The notes: generated by a model from the letters alone, not told the origin. Shown: positions 1-9,958, counted from the whole stretch's first letter. The stretch: 63,811 nucleotides of DNA, filler included, from Chrysochromulina tobinii (GCA_001275005.1; 6 parts of 6 records of this genome joined end to end with filler, not necessarily neighbours in it), one strand, 5' to 3'. Numbers and translations are program-made.

Positions 1-543
1 AGCCAGCGGCGCCAAGCTGTAGAGACCGGCCTGGCCCCGCACGGGCGTGGCGAATGACCGGATCGTGGTAGAGCGAATCCACAAAGTAGCGGCGCCACCC
101 ACTGCGCCAGCAGTCACTTCTGTCGGGAACATATCGGCGGCGGACACCAGGTAGCCGCCGGCCAGGGCGGCATAGTCGAGACCAGCCAGGACCGAATCCC
201 GCTCGTATCGGAACCGCTTGCTTGTGAGGGAGGCAGCATCGTCCAGCCCATCGGCAAGAAGCTGAAGCCAGGCAACGCGCATCTTCAGAGGGCTGATGAC
301 GGCCAGGATTGTGGCGGTGTCGAGCACAGCAGGGTCGCTCGTGAACAGCGCGCCCACGAGTTCGCCCGCCACGTTCGAGTAAGCCGCCTCCATCTGCCCA
401 GCCGCCCCAGGTATCACGCAGAGCGTGGCACCCAACGTCGTGTTGAAGGAATCACCCGTCGCAAAGGAGAGTGATGGGTCCGCGCCGCGAAGAGCCAGCG
501 CGGCCACGGGAGCTGTGCCCGCAGGAACTGCGATGAAATCCAT
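1..543 (-). CDS. Unlisted ORF (MDFIAVPAGTAPVAAL...), >181 aa, runs off window; possible gag-like ORF1 of the retroelement
   Basis: My own translation from ATG at 543 has no stop to position 1. It is on the same strand as the polyprotein. No recognisable motif. Confidence 0.5.
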   Translation of the reverse strand, partial: MDFIAVPAGTAPVAALALRGADPSLSFATGDSFNTTLGATLCVIPGAAGQMEAAYSNVAGELVGALFTSDPAVLDTATILAVISPLKMRVAWLQLLADGLDDAASLTSKRFRYERDSVLAGLDYAALAGGYLVSAADMFPTEVTAGAVGGAATLWIRSTTIRSFATPVRGQAGLYSLAPLA

Positions 544-1484
544 AGGTAGGGACACCACAACAACAGCACGACAAAGCGCACGAGACGCGAGGGCGGATTC
601 TCGAAGCTTTCTCGAAGCACTCAGTGCGGAACGCACTCAGCGTTCATTACGCTGCCCGATATGGTAGTATGGGCGGTATATGCATGCATGCTCGGCCGGA
701 CCGGGAGGTCGGCTCGCCTGCGGGGAGCCCCTATTCACACCTACTGAACACAACCACACCTGCGGTGAGCTTGAGCTCAGCTTCACAGTTCGTTGGGCTC
801 GGTTGGGATGTATAGTGTTAACGAACACGACGTCCCCCCAATGCCTCAGAAACCCCATTGTAGTCAGCTTCCGCGCCACCGAGCGCGGCCATAGGTCATG
901 GAAGTCCCCCTGAGCTGTAGCGAGTCCTCTCAAGTGCGGTGAGCGGACGAGCGCGAGGGCATCGAAGATGGGCATATGGTATGGGGTGGCCAGTGGCCAG
1001 TGAGTTCACGTGGCGGCCGTGTGGCATCATGCATTTAGAATCCATTCCAATCGTATCAGAGTCAGTGGTTGCGGCGCCTCTCGCAAGAGGGTGTTAAGAA
1101 CACGAGCACCGCAACCGGTTGTTGTCGCCGCCGCGATGCGGCGCATCGGGGGTACATCTTGCCCTGAGGCAGTCCCTGAGTCACTGAAGAGTCTACACTC
1201 CGCAGTGCCTGTTATCTCAGACGGCGTCCGAGGCCCGGTTGCCCGGTTACAGGAGGGGCTAGACTGTGGTAGCTCGACCAGAAGAGGTCGGCCGCCGGAA
1301 TACACGCCTGGCACTCTGTGTGTCGAGTGATAAGCAGCGCGGGCTACTCACACGCGCAAGGGGCAGCCTTGTGAGACTGCTCGCATGCTGTACGTGGCCG
1401 TTGAGATTATCGCGCCTGGTACTCAGTAGGATCGAGTGATAGACAGCGCTGTCGGATCCGGCGAGGTGACGCCGGGTTGCCCGC

Positions 1485-4400
1485 TTAGGCGGACGCCGCG
1501 AGGGCGTCGACCAGTGAGAGACCGAGGAGCTGCCGAATGGCGAGCTCGCTCGATAGTGGCGGTAATGATGCCACTGAGACTGAATGCACGTCTGCGCTCG
1601 CAGCGCGAATGAGCAGCTTGTCGTAGCTGCTAGGGTTAAGGCGGGCATATACCCGGAGCGAGTCTTCCGTCTGCCAGCGGCACAGGGCCTGGATCTGGGC
1701 ATGGGAGGCGCCAGCCGCTAGGAGCGAGCACGCCAGATAGATTCGCGCTGAGTGCCAGCTGTACTTGCTGGCGTTCGCCTTGCCCACCACGCGGCCGAGG
1801 ACGAGCTGGAGCATACGGTCGAGCTGACCAGCGGCCAGCGGCCGCTTGTTGTCGGCTGAGATGAGCGGCACCATGTGTCGCTGCTGGCCGACTGCTGGCA
1901 CAGTGAGCTCGAGGGTGGCGAGGTGGTTGAAGGCGGCGTCCGGCTCGGATGGCGCGTAGTGCAGGTAGATGGGCAGCGCTCCCCAGACTTCGCCGTACGG
2001 GTCCGCTTTACTCGGAGGAGGTACTAGGATCGCATAGTCACCCACCTTAGGGTGGCGAAGGAGGTCAGGTGGCGGGTCGGCGTAGATGATCCCACGGAGG
2101 CACCACTGGAGGTTAGCGCGCGTGGCGAGCGCGCGCGTGAAGGTCACTCCGGCGCCGAGGGCGAGTTCGCTTTTCCGCATGCCCGTCTGACGCAGCGTTG
2201 CGACAAACGCACGAAAGGCCGCCGCGACGGCCGGCACCGTGAGGTCGAGCGCGCCCTTGTCCGTAGAGATCAAGAGCGCGTGGAGAATCTCCTTGGTGAA
2301 GGGCTGCTTGCGCTTCACTACGAGCGACAGGGCGCCGAAGTCCGCCGCGTGCCTTGCGTTGAGCCGCTTGCACATCTGCCAGACCAGCTTCGTGCCGGGC
2401 AGCTCGACAGTCCGCTTGCTGTGCGCCTTGCGCACGCCTAGGTAGGCCTTGTACGCGCTTGCCGGCTTCGCTTGCGCGCAGCCTCGTCGTCCGCGCATGA
2501 CCGTCAGGGCATACGGGAGGAAGTTGGCGGCGAGGATGGCCTCGCGCTCCCTCTCATGCGGCGTGAGGCCTGCCTCGCCCGGACGCCAGCAGGGCGTGTT
2601 GAGGCCGTCGCAGTACTTACGCCAGAGCTTCATGTTGCTGTCGAGCTTGGCCTTGGAGCCGGCGTTGTCCCACGTTGCGTCGTGCACTGCGCCGCACATG
2701 TGGGCGAGCCTCGAGGCGGAGGCCGGTTTGAGCGCATACTGCGAGCTGTCGTTGAGGAGCCGCTTGAGCGCGGTGCGCTCGGGCAGCAGAAGGTCGAGCG
2801 CGTTCGCCTCGCTTTCGACAGTGGCGCTGCGGTGCGTCACGGTGTACTCGAGGACCGTCTCGAGCTCCATGGTCGTCGCGCAGCGCTCCGGAAGGACGAC
2901 ACTGGTCACAGGGAGCCGATCGACGACTGTGCCAGGCGCCGAGGAGGGCACGTAGCGCTCAGTCTTGGGCCGCGTGTACGGCGTCAGGCGATCGTGCCGA
3001 ACAGGCCCAGGCGCTTGCTGCGCGTCGCGGCGCAGGGGCCCCGGCGCCGGTGTAGGGCCCGAGGCAGCGGGCGCCTCCACGAACGCGGGGACCCTAACAG
3101 TGAGAGCTGCGGCGCCGTCCTTGGCTGTATTGTCCCGACGGGTCCCTCCCAGGCCTTGCTCGGCGGCGGTGAGATAGGGCCTCGGGTTACCCATTGGGTC
3201 GGTGACGTGGTCGTCGTTTGAGCCACGGGCCGCCGCCGGCCGCCTGTCGAGCTCGAGCTGCACGAGCTCGTCGAGCAACGCGTCGAGCGCACTTGGGTGC
3301 GGCTCGACCGTCATGTGTGCACCTGCGTGTTCTGCAATCGAGATGAGCTCGGCGAGGCGGCCGCGGCTTGGCAGGTCGGCCGTCACGTTGACTTCGCTAC
3401 TTATGTGGCCGATGGTCATGTGTTCGCGCAGCCGGGGCATGAACTCGAGCGCGTTGACCGCGGCGAGCACGTGCTGCATTAGCGGAGACGCCGAGGCCTC
3501 ACGTGTCAGCACAAACGCCGGCACAAGCGCGTCAACCTCCGAGACGATGAGCTCGTCAACCGCCGCGTCAGCGCCCCACTTGCAGCAGTTCCCGTAGAAC
3601 CCCGCGAACTCTGTCACGGGCACAGGCAACAGGAGCTCGTCACCGATGAGGCGCCGCACCCATACGCGTGGGCTGTCGAGGCTCGTACAGACCCCGGCGA
3701 TCCCTGGGTGATCGGTTCCTTCCTTGCATGCGTCGCTGCGCCAGAAGCGGCGAGCCGAGACTGGACCCGTCTGCGCGACTCTTGCGAGCGACGTCACCGC
3801 GCTCGCAAAGGGTGCGCCCGCCGAGCGAGAGAGGCGCTCCGACCACTCGTTTGCCCTTGCCTTGATGACCGGCGTCAGGTGCCTGCCGGCAACGAGCGTG
3901 TCCGGCCCCTGCGCCAGCGCCCCTCCGTCCATCATGGGCGTGAAGAGCCCATGTGTCGCGGATGGACGCATGCCAGCCAAGAAGGAGAGGTGGAGCAGGA
4001 GGCCGACCAGAGAACGGTAGACGCTTACGGCGAGCTCGCCCAGAAGGAGGCAAAGAAGCTGATCGAGCGCTCGCTTCCGCTTCTCCTCACCGATGAACGC
4101 GATCCCGAGAGAGTAGTTGAAGCACGTGCCGAGCGATATGTCATGAACGCCGAGCATTCGTTTAGACGCGTCTGCCATGATGGTCCTGAATCCCTTGGTG
4201 ACAAAACACCAGGCCTTGGCCCCGCGGCGAGCGCGCTCAGGCCCAACGAACCGAAACTTGGTGTCGTCGGTGTAGCCGCCCCTGGAGTGGAGCCGGCTGA
4301 GTAGGCCCGCAGCCTCGCGTCTCGCGAACCAGCCGTCGAGCCCAGGCGAGTCGCGCCGCTGCGCGGCCGTGTGGGCTCCGTCGAGGACATTGAACACGAC

Positions 4401-7400
4401 GTCCCACATGTGCAGCACGAGCTCGCACAGGCGCTGACCCCAGTTGGAGCCCGGGACCGTGCCCTGTCCGAGTACCTTCTCGACGACGAAGCGCAGCTCG
4501 GGAGCCTGCTCCGCGAGCTTCTCGAGCTCGAGGAGGATGTATCCAACCATCCAGTAGCATCCCGCCATCAGCTTGAGCTGGTAGAACCAGTCGGCGAAGT
4601 CATCGGCCAGCGTCACCACGAATGTGTCGATGATGAGCGCGACGTGTTTGAGGATCGCGTCGTCGTTCATGTACTCGGAGATGTACCACTTGAGCTCCGG
4701 CGGCCGCTTGGGACCGTCGTCGCTGAGGCTGAGCACGCCCACGCACGGGTTGAGCGCCAGCCCCACGACCCACCTCGAGTTCCTCTGCGCGCGGTCGACC
4801 CAGTCTGCCGCCGTGGCCGCGATGAGCGCGGTGAGCCTGCTCGGGTACGACGTGAACTCGCGAGCGTGGGGGCTACGGCAGCCGCACCACAGGTCAGCCA
4901 GGGCGTCCAGTCGCGCGAGGCCGGCCGAGTACAGTATCTTCGTTGTCATCCGGCACCCACCGCCTAGGCGGCACATGTTGAAGCGAACCTCCCTCGACTC
5001 CGTCAACTTCTCGAGGTCGATCACCGCCCGCACGGACCAGCAGGGGGAAGCGTGGCGCGTCGCCGGCGCTGCGCCCTCAAAGCCGGCGTCACGCAGGCGA
5101 CGGCGCAGCAGCTGCGCGATGCCGTCTGCGTGGCAGCGCTTAGGGAAACACCAGCACATCAGGCGCAGCGACTCGCCAGCTCGTAGGCGCGCTTCGGCCT
5201 CGCCGAGCGCGTCAAGGAGTTGAGAACGCGCCGTCGGATCGCTGAAGCGTTCGTCGACGCACAGCTGGTACTTGGCGGCAATCGCGCCCAGATCGGCACC
5301 GATGGGGTCCTCGAGGAGCTCCTCGCACGCGTCGCATACAGCGTCACGTAGGCGCTCATCCGCACCCATCGGGAACGGGTTCCCAAAAGCCGTCATGCGG
5401 TCCACGCGCAGGTCGAGTGTGCCAGGCGGCGGCAGTGCCGCCCGCCCCTTCGTCTTCAGATTGCCCACAGATATGGCCAGCCGAGGCGTCGAGGCTGCCC
5501 CACTGAGTGGCAACTCCGCTGCGTCCAGCACCCTGCCCTCGAGGATGTACGCCGCTCCACGGCGGCACGCCGCCACGATGATCGCGACCGCTCGCCGCGT
5601 AACCTCGTCGCTGGCTTGGGAGAATGCATCTACGATTGAGCACGAGGTGGTCGCCACGACCACCGAGTACACCCCCGCGCTGGCCTCTGCCATGATGCGC
5701 TGGTACGTCACGTCGTCCCGGAGCTCATCGCCTCTGCGCACACCCGCGTTGGTGCAGCAGACGCCGAGGCGCCGGCATTCTTCCGCCAGAGCATCCGTGG
5801 CAGCGAAGAGATGCAGCACCTGCTTTGCGGCCGTGCCAACCGCCGCGAGCGACACGCGCTGCGCGCCGTGGAGCAGGCGCGCCCTCGCCTCGACTCGGCC
5901 CGCCACCGAGTCCAGGTGACTTCTGCCCGGCGGACCGCGCGCGGCGAGCTGCAGGCTGCGCCCGCGCGCAACGCCAGCGGCCAGCACCGACTCGAGGGAG
6001 GCACGAGCACGCGCCGAGACCTTTGCCTGCGACGCATTGCACTTGACCCCATACTCGGCCGCGATGGTGAACGCGGAGCGGTTCGGGTTAGCCTGGAGCA
6101 CGTCGTAGGCATCACAGGCCGCGCCCTGCTGATCTGGACCAGCGGCGTGGAAGGGCGTGCCGAGCAGCGACCCCGCCCCTCCATGCACGCTCCAGGGGTG
6201 CGTGGCCTCCGCGCGCTCGACGCGTATCTTGCCGAGCCGAGGCGCGAACGCAGCGGCCGCCGATGGCGACACAGCATCAGAGGCGTGCGGCGGCGGCGAG
6301 CGCGCGGTGACGCGTACCATGGCGAGCATACGGCACATGCGCTTGCCATCGGAGCCGCGCACGGCGTCGTAGCTGCGCTTAGAGAGCGAGTTGAGCGAGT
6401 GCGTTCTGACTCCATAGTCGTCCGCCAGCTCGCTGTGCGGGAATGAGGCGTTCACAATCACCCGGTACTTGCCGTTCGGCTTGGGCCTCGAGCCCATCTG
6501 CTGTGGCCTCCACGGGTTGAACGGCATGCGATCAAAAACCTCGTACCACCCCCGCCCTGCTCTCCCCGCAATGTCAGACTGCACCTTGGAGAGGCCGCCC
6601 GCCAGCGAGAGCAGGTGCGGCGGTAGCACCACCTGCATCTCCAGGTTGTCCGCGTCGAAGTCCACGCCAAACTCGAGCGTGCTGAAGAGCTCCCTGTCGG
6701 GGTAGTCGCCCGAGAACTGGGTCGCGAACGGCAGGTTGAGATGAGTGGTGGCAGGCGCCGACGTGTCGGTCAGGACGTACTCGTCGCGCGCGGTGCTGTA
6801 CTCGTACAGCCGCCCACGAAACTCGGGCAGCCTCTCGTGGTCGGAGAAGAGGAGCGCCTTCGGCGGCTTGACCGTGCACGCCTCGCCGTGCTCGAGCGCG
6901 TCGAGCAGGTACGCGTGCTGAGCGAGCAACCAGGGGTCAGCCTTCGACCTGAAATGGCCCGGCGGGTAAAAGCCCTCGTAGCTCCGCGGGCCAGGCGGCC
7001 CGGATCGCTGACCGGCAGGGGGCGGCCGCCCGGTAGTCACCGGCGGCCGGCACCTAGACGCAAACGGCGCCATCGCCAGCGCATCGTCCGTGAACGACGC
7101 AAGCGCACCCGCCTCGCGCAGCGCCAGCGGAATCTGGTCGGGATCAGCCTCGGCCACCCGAGCGTGCCACGCAGGGCAGTCAGCCGCCCAGATCGCGTCG
7201 AAGACTGCCGCGAGCTCGCGCGGCGCACAGGGCAGTTCCGATGCCCCCGAGGCATCGCCGAACCCCGTGGCGAGAGGCCCTGCAAGACGGTCAGCCTCGG
7301 TCGCGGTGAGGGTGGGCCCTGGCGTCGAGAACACCTCCCTCAGCTCAGCCACCTCTGACCGATGTACGGCCCACATCTCCTCGAAGCTGCGCGGCTCTCT
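1485..7400 (-). CDS. Polyprotein: RT (split by DUF4326-like and DNMT-like insert), RNase H, tyrosine recombinase; 5' truncated
   Basis: RT: GSRPKPNGKYRVIVNAS (~6445-6497), LADDFADWFYQL (~4572-4610), VLGQG, GGYTDD (~4263-4280). RNase H: WRSDACKEG (~3732), TEF, EVDA, HISSEVNVTADLPSRG (~3361-3410). YR: TGMRKSE (R 2175-2177), SKADPYG, HSARIY (~1740-1754), CRW, LRVYAR (Y 1647-1649). The frame stays open to the contig end at 7400. Confidence 0.88.
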   Translation of the reverse strand, partial: REPRSFEEMWAVHRSEVAELREVFSTPGPTLTATEADRLAGPLATGFGDASGASELPCAPRELAAVFDAIWAADCPAWHARVAEADPDQIPLALREAGALASFTDDALAMAPFASRCRPPVTTGRPPPAGQRSGPPGPRSYEGFYPPGHFRSKADPWLLAQHAYLLDALEHGEACTVKPPKALLFSDHERLPEFRGRLYEYSTARDEYVLTDTSAPATTHLNLPFATQFSGDYPDRELFSTLEFGVDFDADNLEMQVVLPPHLLSLAGGLSKVQSDIAGRAGRGWYEVFDRMPFNPWRPQQMGSRPKPNGKYRVIVNASFPHSELADDYGVRTHSLNSLSKRSYDAVRGSDGKRMCRMLAMVRVTARSPPPHASDAVSPSAAAAFAPRLGKIRVERAEATHPWSVHGGAGSLLGTPFHAAGPDQQGAACDAYDVLQANPNRSAFTIAAEYGVKCNASQAKVSARARASLESVLAAGVARGRSLQLAARGPPGRSHLDSVAGRVEARARLLHGAQRVSLAAVGTAAKQVLHLFAATDALAEECRRLGVCCTNAGVRRGDELRDDVTYQRIMAEASAGVYSVVVATTSCSIVDAFSQASDEVTRRAVAIIVAACRRGAAYILEGRVLDAAELPLSGAASTPRLAISVGNLKTKGRAALPPPGTLDLRVDRMTAFGNPFPMGADERLRDAVCDACEELLEDPIGADLGAIAAKYQLCVDERFSDPTARSQLLDALGEAEARLRAGESLRLMCWCFPKRCHADGIAQLLRRRLRDAGFEGAAPATRHASPCWSVRAVIDLEKLTESREVRFNMCRLGGGCRMTTKILYSAGLARLDALADLWCGCRSPHAREFTSYPSRLTALIAATAADWVDRAQRNSRWVVGLALNPCVGVLSLSDDGPKRPPELKWYISEYMNDDAILKHVALIIDTFVVTLADDFADWFYQLKLMAGCYWMVGYILLELEKLAEQAPELRFVVEKVLGQGTVPGSNWGQRLCELVLHMWDVVFNVLDGAHTAAQRRDSPGLDGWFARREAAGLLSRLHSRGGYTDDTKFRFVGPERARRGAKAWCFVTKGFRTIMADASKRMLGVHDISLGTCFNYSLGIAFIGEEKRKRALDQLLCLLLGELAVSVYRSLVGLLLHLSFLAGMRPSATHGLFTPMMDGGALAQGPDTLVAGRHLTPVIKARANEWSERLSRSAGAPFASAVTSLARVAQTGPVSARRFWRSDACKEGTDHPGIAGVCTSLDSPRVWVRRLIGDELLLPVPVTEFAGFYGNCCKWGADAAVDELIVSEVDALVPAFVLTREASASPLMQHVLAAVNALEFMPRLREHMTIGHISSEVNVTADLPSRGRLAELISIAEHAGAHMTVEPHPSALDALLDELVQLELDRRPAAARGSNDDHVTDPMGNPRPYLTAAEQGLGGTRRDNTAKDGAAALTVRVPAFVEAPAASGPTPAPGPLRRDAQQAPGPVRHDRLTPYTRPKTERYVPSSAPGTVVDRLPVTSVVLPERCATTMELETVLEYTVTHRSATVESEANALDLLLPERTALKRLLNDSSQYALKPASASRLAHMCGAVHDATWDNAGSKAKLDSNMKLWRKYCDGLNTPCWRPGEAGLTPHEREREAILAANFLPYALTVMRGRRGCAQAKPASAYKAYLGVRKAHSKRTVELPGTKLVWQMCKRLNARHAADFGALSLVVKRKQPFTKEILHALLISTDKGALDLTVPAVAAAFRAFVATLRQTGMRKSELALGAGVTFTRALATRANLQWCLRGIIYADPPPDLLRHPKVGDYAILVPPPSKADPYGEVWGALPIYLHYAPSEPDAAFNHLATLELTVPAVGQQRHMVPLISADNKRPLAAGQLDRMLQLVLGRVVGKANASKYSWHSARIYLACSLLAAGASHAQIQALCRWQTEDSLRVYARLNPSSYDKLLIRAASADVHSVSVASLPPLSSELAIRQLLGLSLVDALAASA

Positions 7401-7500
7401 NNNNNNNNNNNNNNNNNNNNNNNNNNNNNNNNNNNNNNNNNNNNTTAATTAATTAANNNNNNNNNNNNNNNNNNNNNNNNNNNNNNNNNNNNNNNNNNNN
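7401..7500. other. Artificial contig spacer
   Basis: N44-TTAATTAATTAA-N44, which places stops in all six frames. Confidence 0.97.
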
Positions 7501-9958
7501 CGTCGCCACGTCGCCTCCGCCTCCGTGCCCGCCGCCCTCGCCCTCGCCGCCCTCGCCCTTGCCGCCCTCGCCCTCGCCCCCGCCGCCCTCGCCACCGCCA
7601 CCTCCGCCCTCGCCCTTGCCACCGCCCCCGCCTCTCCCGCCGTCCACCACGCCCTCGCCCTCGCCCCTCGCGCCGCCCCCTTCGGTGCCGGGAGCGGCCA
7701 CGGTGACGACTTACCAGGTTGTGATCGGCTTCGTTGCTGCGGAGCCAATCGAGGCCTTCACGCCTGCCCGGCTGGACAACATCTCGACCTCGGTCGCCGC
7801 CGAGTCGGGCGTGGACCCCAGCGCGGTCACCACGGTTGCCTATGCCGCGTCCACTCGGGTGGAGATCACCATTGTCTCCTCTACTTTGTCCGCGTGTGCC
7901 GCCATCGAGGAGTCCCTGAGCACCTCTATCTTCGAAGACGCGAACGCGGCGAGCGAGTTCTTCGGTCTTCAGGTGACGAGCGCCCCCACCATCACCGTGG
8001 AGACGGTCACCCGCCTCGTCGCTCCTCTCGGGGTGTCCGCACCGACCGACGTATCGAGCAAGAACCTCATTATCATCGTCGCTGCTGTAGTCGGTGGAGG
8101 CCTTGGCATTTGTGCGATTGGATGCTGCTGCTTCTTCCGCTACCGTGGCAAGGGCAAGTCCCGCAGCCCGGCTCGCGGCCGTGCGCAGATTGGCTTCGGT
8201 GGAGCCTCTGCTGGCAGCTCGTCCCCGCGCGGCCCCTCCGCTGAGATGGAGGACTTCAGCACTCGCAAGGGCGACAAGCCCTCTGCCGCCTCCGAGGGCA
8301 CCATCGACATCGACAAGAGCACGGCGTCGGCGAAGAAGAACAACCTGGTCGCGTCGTCGATCGCCATAACTACTCCGCGCGGGGCTGCCAAGATCGCGGC
8401 GCTCAACAAAATGGTCGAGCAGTCGAGCAACGCGAGCAAGCTCATCGCCTGGAACGATCTCGAGATGATCGAGAAGCTGGGCGAGGGCACCTTTGGCACC
8501 GTATACGCGTGCTTGTTCAAGGCGACGCCTTGCGCGGTCAAGCAGCTGCGTGAAGACAAGGAGTCTTCGGTGCAGCTGCTGGCCGACATGCTCCGCGAGC
8601 ACGACGCGATGATGGGCCTGCGCCACCCGAACGTTGTGCTCATGCTCGGCATCGCCACCGACCACGTGCGGCGCGTGGGCATCGTGCTCGAGCTGCTCGA
8701 GATCTCGCTGCTCGAGTTGCTGCACGGAGGCGCCGAGTACAAGGAGTACCTCACGTGGCGCGCCTCGCTCCTCTCGATCGCGAGCGACGTGGCCAAGGGC
8801 TTGGCGTACCTGCACTTCAACAACGTGATCCACCGCGACCTCAAGCCAGGCAACGTGCTGCTCTCGGACTCGTGGGTGGCGAAGGTTGCTGACTTCGGCT
8901 CGTCCGCCAACAGCAAGACCTCGGCCACCGCCTCCGACGGCAACGAGGCGCTCCACGGCACGGCGGCGTACATATCGCCCGAGGTGGCGCGTGGCGAGAA
9001 GAACCATACGGCCGCGCTCGACGTGTGGTCGTTTGGCTGCCTCCTCGTGCACATGGGGACGCTGCGCCCGCCGTACTTCGTGCTCAATTGCAAGCGTGCG
9101 ATGGACATCGTGCGCGTGGTGCAGCGCGGCGACGTCTCCCCTGTGCAGGTGCTCCTCGACGACTCCGAGCGTCGCGAGTACCACTGCCCCGCCAGCATTG
9201 ACGCCCTCGCTAAGCAGTGCTGCCACCGTGAGCCGACGCAGCGGCCTGACATGCCGGCGATCGCGGGCGCGCTCGCGTCGCCCGCTGTCCAAACCGGCAT
9301 CCTCAAGGGCGCCAAGGACGCGCGACCACTGGTGCGTCTGCAGCGCTCTCGAGCGTCTTTCAAGAGCGAAGGCACGTTCGCCAATGCCACCTTCGACGCC
9401 TCCGTGGCCGGATCCTATCGAAGCAAGTTTCGGATCCTATCGAAGCACGCTCCAGCTGGCGCTTCCTCAACGCGAGGCGAGCCCTCGCCCCATGCCGTGC
9501 CCTCGGTTGGCTCGGCCTTCGAGAGCTCCTTCGATGGCAAGGCCGAGGCCATCAGTTCGATCGATCGAAACGCCCGCCTCGCACGCGCGTCGATGGCCAA
9601 CCTGGACGCTACCTGGACGCTGCCAGTGAGTCGCAGCCCAGCAAGGGGTCGCAGCGCTGGAGGCTCCTCCGCGCGTGGCCAGCCCTCAAACCTCTCGCCC
9701 TCGAAGGTTGATGACTTCACAGGCACCTCCGCCTCCGCGGCGGCACCGTCGAGCGCCGCGCCCAAATCCGCCGCGGCGCCGCTTGTCTCCCCGACCGCTG
9801 TGGGCACGATGGCGCAAAAGGTGGCTCGCGTCAAGGAGGAGCTCTCACTCGACCCTTCGCTGCCGGTGGCGAAGGCAGTCGCCGAGGCGAATGCGGCCAT
9901 GGGCATCGAGGGCCAAGGCACGCTCGCGCAGCAAGTTGATGTTGGACGTATTCTGTGA
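7501..9958 (+). CDS. Single-pass receptor-like protein kinase (TKL-like) with Ser/Pro-rich ectodomain; 5' truncated
   Basis: PPSPPP repeats, then TM helix IIIVAAVVGGGLGICAIGCCCFF. Kinase motifs: LGEGTFG, AVK, HRDLKPGN, DFG, YISPE, DVWSFG. Confidence 0.9.

Larger units (their letters stand above)
1..7400 (-). mobile_element. Tyrosine-recombinase retrotransposon (DIRS/Ngaro-like), partial, fills whole contig
   Basis: One minus-strand ORF holds RT, RNase H and tyrosine recombinase motifs in DIRS order. It is intronless. Element ends are not visible because the contig is truncated on both sides. Confidence 0.85.

Noticed and set aside
1184..1226. Hammerhead-ribozyme-like CTGAAGA followed by a GTCT...AGAC stem in the retroelement 3' region
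   Set aside because: The required GAAA after stem II is absent (GGCG), and stems I and III were not found.
4720..6370. Intein as explanation for the RT insertion
   Set aside because: No Hint-domain blocks, no HN/HQ followed by C/S/T at the C-terminal junction and no LAGLIDADG motifs.
7401..7500. TTAATTAATTAA palindrome within N runs, five times
   Set aside because: Identical 100-bp artificial contig linker. It is not biological, and no gene-neighbourhood inference was made across it.
7445..9292. Long antisense/alternate-frame ORFs (e.g. 615 aa here; 40829-42358; 50753-52543)
   Set aside because: Shadows of GC-rich coding sequence on the opposite strand. They are Arg/Gly-rich and have no motifs.
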